DNA from: Flavobacteriales bacterium
GTDB taxonomy: Bacteria > Bacteroidota > Bacteroidia > Flavobacteriales > BACL11
Length of the DNA: 64,000 nt
NCBI GenBank assembly: GCA_018645865.1
Contig: JABGVU010000038.1
Coordinates: forward strand, 392-64,391
Direction of reading: 5' to 3'
Shown here: piece after piece, positions 58,801 to 64,000 of the stretch
Layout: every line of letters begins with the position of its first letter
How positions within the stretch are numbered: the stretch's first letter is position 1
Notes under the pieces: model-generated
What the model was told of the DNA's origin: nothing
The model's database searches: none
Seen by the model: only the letters and a program-made list of their open reading frames with translations
Program-made: the position numbers and the translations under genes

Positions 58801-59382
58801 TTATTCAAACTTTCCTTCTAGTTTGGCCTGAATTAAAATATGTTCAGTGAGCATATCCTCTCTATTATTTACAGGATCATATTCTGTTTTTAAGTTATTA
58901 TCCCAAAGCTTAGCCATGCTTTGCCAAAAAAACGCATTGAACCTTCCTCTATAAGATTTTACAATTTCATAAGAGGTTGTATTAGTTTCACGATAAATCA
59001 ACTTAACTAAAATCTTACCTTCACTCATAGTTAAATTTTTTAATTGCTCAGCATACTCTTCTTTTACCCATTTTGCTACTTCTCTAGTATATCGTTTTTT
59101 ATGTTTTCTTTTAGGAATTGAATCTAATCCTTTCTGTATACTCATCAATTTTTCTTTTGCTGACATAGCAAATGGATATACTTTCAATACTCTCTTTTTA
59201 AGGATGTAATATTTCTTATGTTCTTCTTTATCCTTAAAAGCTAACACTGCAACTTCAGGAACATCAGCTATAAAAAAAGTATCTCCATTAACAATAGAAA
59301 AAGGAGCAATTAGCAGTTTATCCTGAGCAAAAATAGAAATACTAAAAATATTTAGCAATGCTATTACCAACAAGAATCGCAC
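58801..59382 (-). CDS. DUF4294-like secreted protein
   Basis: 193 aa with signal peptide (IFSISIFAQ). Motifs VLKVYPFA, GKILVKLIYRETN.TSYEIVKSYRG and WQSMAKLWDNNLK match my memory of DUF4294. The GTG start overlaps the S8 peptidase stop by 1 nt. Confidence 0.55.
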   Translation of the reverse strand: MRFLLVIALLNIFSISIFAQDKLLIAPFSIVNGDTFFIADVPEVAVLAFKDKEEHKKYYILKKRVLKVYPFAMSAKEKLMSIQKGLDSIPKRKHKKRYTREVAKWVKEEYAEQLKNLTMSEGKILVKLIYRETNTTSYEIVKSYRGRFNAFFWQSMAKLWDNNLKTEYDPVNNREDMLTEHILIQAKLEGKFE

Positions 59383-62300
59383 TATTCAATAATTAATTGC
59401 TGTACACTTGAATTTTCTTTACTTACAACCTTAATAGTATAAACTCCTTTTGCAAAATCACTAACCTTAATAGAAGTATGACTTTTTTGGTAGGATTTAC
59501 TAAAAATTAAACTTCCTTTAATATCAAAAATAGAAATATGATTAATAGTTTCATCAGTACTTATATTAATCGAATTAGTTGCAGGGTTAGGATAGATTGA
59601 AAATTTATCTTCAATAACATTTTCAACAAATGATGGCAGCATAAATACTGCTGTAGCTTCAGCAAAATCAGATATACAATTTTCTTGCATTTTTAAATTA
59701 TAAAAGAAATAATGGTAAGTAGCACTTCCAGGAGAATTATGTCCTGTTATACTTGCAATATTTCCAATAGAATAAGGATATGCTGAACCTGTGCTATTTC
59801 TATATAAATCAGACCCTCCTGCACTCATTCCTAGTTCTAGGTTGTTCATTACAGGGACATCAAAACCAAGATGCAAAATATTTAAGCCCGTTTGTACTGT
59901 TATGGTAGTATCTGCTAAAACGAGACTATTATTATCTCTTAACTCGAAAGTAATTGCCTGTGAAGTATTGGCATATACATCAGCTGAAATTAATGTTGAA
60001 GGCGTGTAACAATCCAAAAACAAATGCCTGTCATTATTATAAAAACCACCACTACCAATTGTATTATCAACAGGACCACCAAATATAGCAGGTCCACCAA
60101 TCTCTCTAACATAATAAGTGGTATTAGCACTCAACAAAGGAGTCGTAAAAGGAGATCCTGAAAAAACAAAACCACTGCCAAGAGTATCAGTATACCAATT
60201 TACTGAGTTAGCGGCTGTAGTAAGCTGAAAAGTAGCAGGATTAACATATGAAGTATCATTATAAGCAATTGGTGCTGGCATAAAATTAACACTAACTAAA
60301 GAAGTTAGAAAAATAGAATCTTGACCTAAACCGTTTGAGACAAAAAGGCTTACATCAAATGTACCTTCTTGCAAATATGTGTGTACTGGATTTTGTTGAT
60401 TAGAAATTGTTCCGTCACCAAAATCCCATTGCCAATAATTAGGCTGATTAAAACTAGCATCAATAAAATTAACAATTCCAGAACATGATGCCGATCCAAT
60501 TGTAGTGAAATTTGCTAATGGAGAAGCCATACAGCCAATATTGATAGGCTGTGCATTAATAGCTACCGCTCTTCTTCCCTTATCACCATTTAACTTAGCA
60601 CAAACTGAAAACCAAGAATCTGTAATTGCAGGGTTAGGATTTATAATTAAAGTTGTCGTTGCAGTGGTTGTAGTCATTGAATCCATATAAACATTCCCTA
60701 ACATACTTACTTCATAATCAGTAGCGCCACTAACTGTATTCCATGATACATAAATTGAATCAGGACATATCCAATTTACTGTTACATTCTGTGGTACACC
60801 AATAATAGTAAAGTCTGAATCACTTTCGTCAATATTTCCATTACGACTAATTCTTACTTTTGCTTGATTTGTAACCGTGTTTGGCACAGTCCAATTATAG
60901 TAACGTGAATTTACACCAACACTATTAGAAATCATATTCCAAGTTAACCCATCAGTAGTATATTCTAAAGTAAACGGAGTATTATCTACAGAAGCATCCC
61001 ATCTAATTAATTCATCTTCTCCAGGAACAAAACCTTCACCTCCAATAGGATAGGTTAGTTCAACTTCTTCTGTAATATATTGATAAGTCACCCAGTATTC
61101 TTGTGTCCCAAAAGGAATAGTTAAACCGTTAACTGACAAAACATAATTTCCCGAAACAGGATTATTTATCGTAATTTGCTCCATGTTATTAATATGATCA
61201 TTTCCATAAGTTGCATTTGAGTTTAATGCAGTAGCATTAGCTGTAGTATCTAAGAGCCAAGGATATGCTGTCAAACCATTAGCATTTGTCATATTAATAT
61301 CAATATCATTCACTAAAGCTGGAGCTGCATTAACACTTCCTTCAATATCATGCCAATAGATCATAACATTTAATTGTATTATTCCTGAAGGAACTATGAT
61401 GTTATGTGTATTATTTCCTCCTTGTGATATACTAGAGTTTAAGTACTGATTATTTTCTAATATTTTAATTGCTTGATAAGCATTCACTTCACCCCATCCA
61501 TGTTTAAAATCAGGACCAGGATTTCCTAAATCATCAGCTGAATTTAATAAAACTCCTTTCATTAAGGCTGAATTAGGATTTACACCTCCATTTAATTCTT
61601 TATATCCTTGATATAATTGCCCCATTATCCCCGCAATACCTGGGCATGACATAGATGTTCCTGTGTAGGAATCATAATCATTAGTTGGAACTGTTGAATT
61701 AACATTAGTGCCTTTTGCTCCTATATCAGGCTTTATTCTGCCATCCGCTGCAGGACCCCTACTAGATGAATTAGCTAATCCACTTGTAGAAGTAAGATTT
61801 GCTACTGCAATAACATTTTTCCCTTGCTTATGTCCACCCGTAACATTTCCCCAATCACTACCATTTGTATTCGAAATATAAGGGTTAGAACAGGAACTAC
61901 TACCATTATTACCTGCTGAGAAAATATGAATTAATGATGAATGTGAATTTATTTGTTGATCTAACTCTTGAGACAGGGAAGTATAACCTGCATTACATCC
62001 ATTACTATAGGATTTTGAAGTAATAACAACATCATCATTAACATATAAAGAAGGAAAAGCCAAAGAATAATTATTGTTGGATGAACTATAAACATATAAA
62101 AAAGCAGCATTTGCCATTCCAGCAGCAATAGGATCCAAATTTCCTGAACCCATAATGGTTCCCGCAACATGATCACCATGCGTGTTAGATAAATTATTAC
62201 TACTTCCACCAAAACTTGACTGATCAATTCGACCACTATAATCAATGTGAGGGCCAATAATTCCATCATCTTGCATCATGATATTAATTCCCTCACCATT

Positions 62301-62957
62301 ATAATGCCTACCACTAGCATACTTGGTATTTATTGTGTTTGACCTACCTAGTGTTCTAGATGTTTTGTTTTCTTTTTCTGATGGCGGATCAATTGGTTCA
62401 ATATACCACACTGAACTCATATTTGCTATAGTGCTTAAATAAGAAGAGTTTATTGTTATTGTGATGCTATTACTTAGTAAAGTAATGTCATCAATTCTGT
62501 ATCCTTTATTTCTAAATACCTCTTGCATAATTGAAATATTTGCATCTTTATAAAGCAATACTTTTATGGATAATTTTCCATCATTAACAGCCCACCTTGG
62601 GAAATTGTTATTTTGAATTTTAGGATCTAATTTATGCTTTCCTTCAATAGGGATTAATGCAATGACACCATACTTATTCAAAGCCGATAATGCACATTTT
62701 TTATCAAGGTTTACTACATAAGTTTTATTTGGAATATATTCTAAAAATGTAACTCCCAAATTAGCTATTTGATCTCTTTCTTCAATTGAAGGTATAGCAC
62801 TAAAAGCCATGAAGTAATACTTCATGTTATCAGCTCTATCTATTTGTTTATTAGCGACTATATTTAATTGTCCTGATTTTAATTTTATCGTATTTTCCTG
62901 AGTAAATCCAAACTGACAAACAGTTAAGGTTAATGTAAATAGAAATATCTTTTTCAT
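59382..62957 (-). CDS. large secreted S8 (subtilisin-family) serine peptidase with PKD domain and T9SS type-A sorting domain
   Basis: 1191 aa with a signal peptide. Triad contexts MMQDDGI (Asp), HGDHVAGTI (His), GTSMSCPGIAG (Ser). PKD motif WDFGDGTISNQQNPVHTYLQEGTFDVSL. CTD begins FSIYPNPATNSINIS. Confidence 0.85.
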   Translation of the reverse strand: MKKIFLFTLTLTVCQFGFTQENTIKLKSGQLNIVANKQIDRADNMKYYFMAFSAIPSIEERDQIANLGVTFLEYIPNKTYVVNLDKKCALSALNKYGVIALIPIEGKHKLDPKIQNNNFPRWAVNDGKLSIKVLLYKDANISIMQEVFRNKGYRIDDITLLSNSITITINSSYLSTIANMSSVWYIEPIDPPSEKENKTSRTLGRSNTINTKYASGRHYNGEGINIMMQDDGIIGPHIDYSGRIDQSSFGGSSNNLSNTHGDHVAGTIMGSGNLDPIAAGMANAAFLYVYSSSNNNYSLAFPSLYVNDDVVITSKSYSNGCNAGYTSLSQELDQQINSHSSLIHIFSAGNNGSSSCSNPYISNTNGSDWGNVTGGHKQGKNVIAVANLTSTSGLANSSSRGPAADGRIKPDIGAKGTNVNSTVPTNDYDSYTGTSMSCPGIAGIMGQLYQGYKELNGGVNPNSALMKGVLLNSADDLGNPGPDFKHGWGEVNAYQAIKILENNQYLNSSISQGGNNTHNIIVPSGIIQLNVMIYWHDIEGSVNAAPALVNDIDINMTNANGLTAYPWLLDTTANATALNSNATYGNDHINNMEQITINNPVSGNYVLSVNGLTIPFGTQEYWVTYQYITEEVELTYPIGGEGFVPGEDELIRWDASVDNTPFTLEYTTDGLTWNMISNSVGVNSRYYNWTVPNTVTNQAKVRISRNGNIDESDSDFTIIGVPQNVTVNWICPDSIYVSWNTVSGATDYEVSMLGNVYMDSMTTTTATTTLIINPNPAITDSWFSVCAKLNGDKGRRAVAINAQPINIGCMASPLANFTTIGSASCSGIVNFIDASFNQPNYWQWDFGDGTISNQQNPVHTYLQEGTFDVSLFVSNGLGQDSIFLTSLVSVNFMPAPIAYNDTSYVNPATFQLTTAANSVNWYTDTLGSGFVFSGSPFTTPLLSANTTYYVREIGGPAIFGGPVDNTIGSGGFYNNDRHLFLDCYTPSTLISADVYANTSQAITFELRDNNSLVLADTTITVQTGLNILHLGFDVPVMNNLELGMSAGGSDLYRNSTGSAYPYSIGNIASITGHNSPGSATYHYFFYNLKMQENCISDFAEATAVFMLPSFVENVIEDKFSIYPNPATNSINISTDETINHISIFDIKGSLIFSKSYQKSHTSIKVSDFAKGVYTIKVVSKENSSVQQLIIE
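59385..59603 (-). other. canonical T9SS type-A C-terminal sorting domain of the S8 peptidase
   Basis: FSIYPNPATNSINISTDETINHISIFDIKGSLIFSKSYQKSHTSIKVSDFAKGVYTIKVVSKENSSVQQLIIE. Confidence 0.8.
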
Positions 62958-62975
62958 TCTTAATTTTGTTTTTTA

Positions 62976-62983
62976 CAAAGATA
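62976..62983 (-). promoter_or_regulatory. -7 promoter box TATCTTTG (minus strand) for the S8 peptidase operon
   Basis: Exact TAnnTTTG, 18 nt before the ATG at 62957. Confidence 0.5.
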
Positions 62984-63055
62984 CAATTGCTAATACAGAT
63001 TATTAAATAATCAGAATTTAATTTTTAAAAAACTTATTCGTTCAATTTCAATCTG

Positions 63056-63063
63056 TATTTTTG
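63056..63063 (+). promoter_or_regulatory. -7 promoter box TATTTTTG, 4 nt before the ATG at 63068
   Basis: The sequence reads tatttttg-aacc-ATG. Confidence 0.45.
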
Positions 63064-63067
63064 AACC

Positions 63068-64000
63068 ATGATAAATACCCTACAGATACAAGTATTACCT
63101 GAAGTAGCTTCAACAGAAAAATTACTAAAAAGTACACTTGCCAAAGAGTTGAATATTATTGAAAAAGACATTAAACATATTGCAATTTTAAAACGATCGA
63201 TTGACGCAAGGCAAAAAGTAACTAAAATTAACCTTAGGGTTGATGTTTACATAAAGGAAACTTTTACAAAAAAAGAAGAGGATATTCCTGAATACAAGGA
63301 TGTAACTAAAAAAGATGAAGTTATTATCATTGGAGCAGGACCTGCAGGACTTTTTGCTGCTTTAAAGCTAATAGAAAAAGATATAAAACCTATTATTTTA
63401 GAAAGAGGAAAGGATGTTAGAGCTAGAAGAAGAGATTTAGCTAACCTAACTAAAAACCATATTGTGAATGAAGATTCTAATTATTGTTTTGGAGAAGGTG
63501 GTGCTGGTACTTATTCAGATGGAAAACTCTATACTAGAAGTAAAAAAAGAGGAGATGTAAACAAGATACTAGATATTTTGGTTCAACACGGAGCAACTGA
63601 AGAAATAAGAGTGAATGCACACCCACATATTGGAACCAATAAACTTCCAAAAATTATACAAGCTATTCGTGAAACCATCATACAGTATGGTGGGCAAGTT
63701 ATATTTAACAGCCGAGTAACTGATATTCTTATAAAAAACAATACCACAAAAGGAGTTGAATTACAAGATGGCACTCGTATTGAAGCTAAAAAAATAATAT
63801 TAGCAACTGGGCATTCAGCTCGTGACATATTTGAATTATTACATAAAAAAGAAGTGGCTATTGAAGCCAAAGCATTTGCTATTGGCGTTAGAGTGGAGCA
63901 TACGCAAGAATTGATTGACCAAATACAATACAAATGTAAAGTCAGAGCTGAATTTCTACCTCCTGCACCCTACTCAATTGTAAAGCAAATAAAAGGGAGA
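63068..64000 (+). CDS. FAD-dependent oxidoreductase (COG2509-like), 3'-truncated by window edge
   Basis: Not in the ORF track because no stop is reached. My translation from ATG 63068 stays open to nt 64000: MINTLQIQVLPEVAS...VIIIGAGPAGLFAALKL (dinucleotide-binding GxGxxG)...GEGGAGTYSDGKLYTRS...ILATGHSARD. Confidence 0.75.
   Translation, partial: MINTLQIQVLPEVASTEKLLKSTLAKELNIIEKDIKHIAILKRSIDARQKVTKINLRVDVYIKETFTKKEEDIPEYKDVTKKDEVIIIGAGPAGLFAALKLIEKDIKPIILERGKDVRARRRDLANLTKNHIVNEDSNYCFGEGGAGTYSDGKLYTRSKKRGDVNKILDILVQHGATEEIRVNAHPHIGTNKLPKIIQAIRETIIQYGGQVIFNSRVTDILIKNNTTKGVELQDGTRIEAKKIILATGHSARDIFELLHKKEVAIEAKAFAIGVRVEHTQELIDQIQYKCKVRAEFLPPAPYSIVKQIKGR

Overview
This is a visibly AT-rich, densely coding chromosomal segment. 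I attribute it to Bacteroidota (Flavobacteriia-like) for four reasons: recurrent TAnnTTTG -7 promoter boxes, no Shine-Dalgarno-like leaders, a fused LpxC/FabZ, and a PorX-like PglZ response regulator together with proteins ending in type IX secretion (T9SS) C-terminal sorting domains.

I support about 59 protein genes (two cut by the window edges) and one tRNA (anticodon CAT). I saw no rRNA, CRISPR array, transposase, integrase or phage genes.

Most of the window is core housekeeping:
- RND pump plus TolC
- pyrE, birA, rsfS-ftsH, cdsA-psd
- a long co-directional block: HD protein, lpxD, lpxC/fabZ, lpxA, efp, serC, serA, DUF1015, yggS, ridA, meaB
- kdsA, ribBA, tsaD, tsaE, parE/parC, ychF, split transketolase, pcm, hbd

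I found no recognisable defence or mobile system. The parts that look under-described are:
1. Three adjacent secreted proteins (cyclophilin, SGNH/PKD protein, LVIVD protein) that share a conserved 36-aa C-terminal tail resembling a truncated T9SS sorting domain.
2. An FG-GAP T9SS cargo carrying four tandem copies of a 4-Cys module I do not recognise.
3. A monocistronic secreted Lys/Cys-rich protein.
4. A lipoprotein plus beta-barrel pair apparently co-transcribed with kdsA.
5. DUF1015 embedded in a serine/PLP cluster.
6. A secreted vWA protein wedged between the two transketolase halves.
7. Four genes whose ATG lies exactly 4 nt after a TAnnTTTG box, which predicts leaderless mRNAs.

All family assignments come from motif recognition by eye. 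None has been checked against a database.
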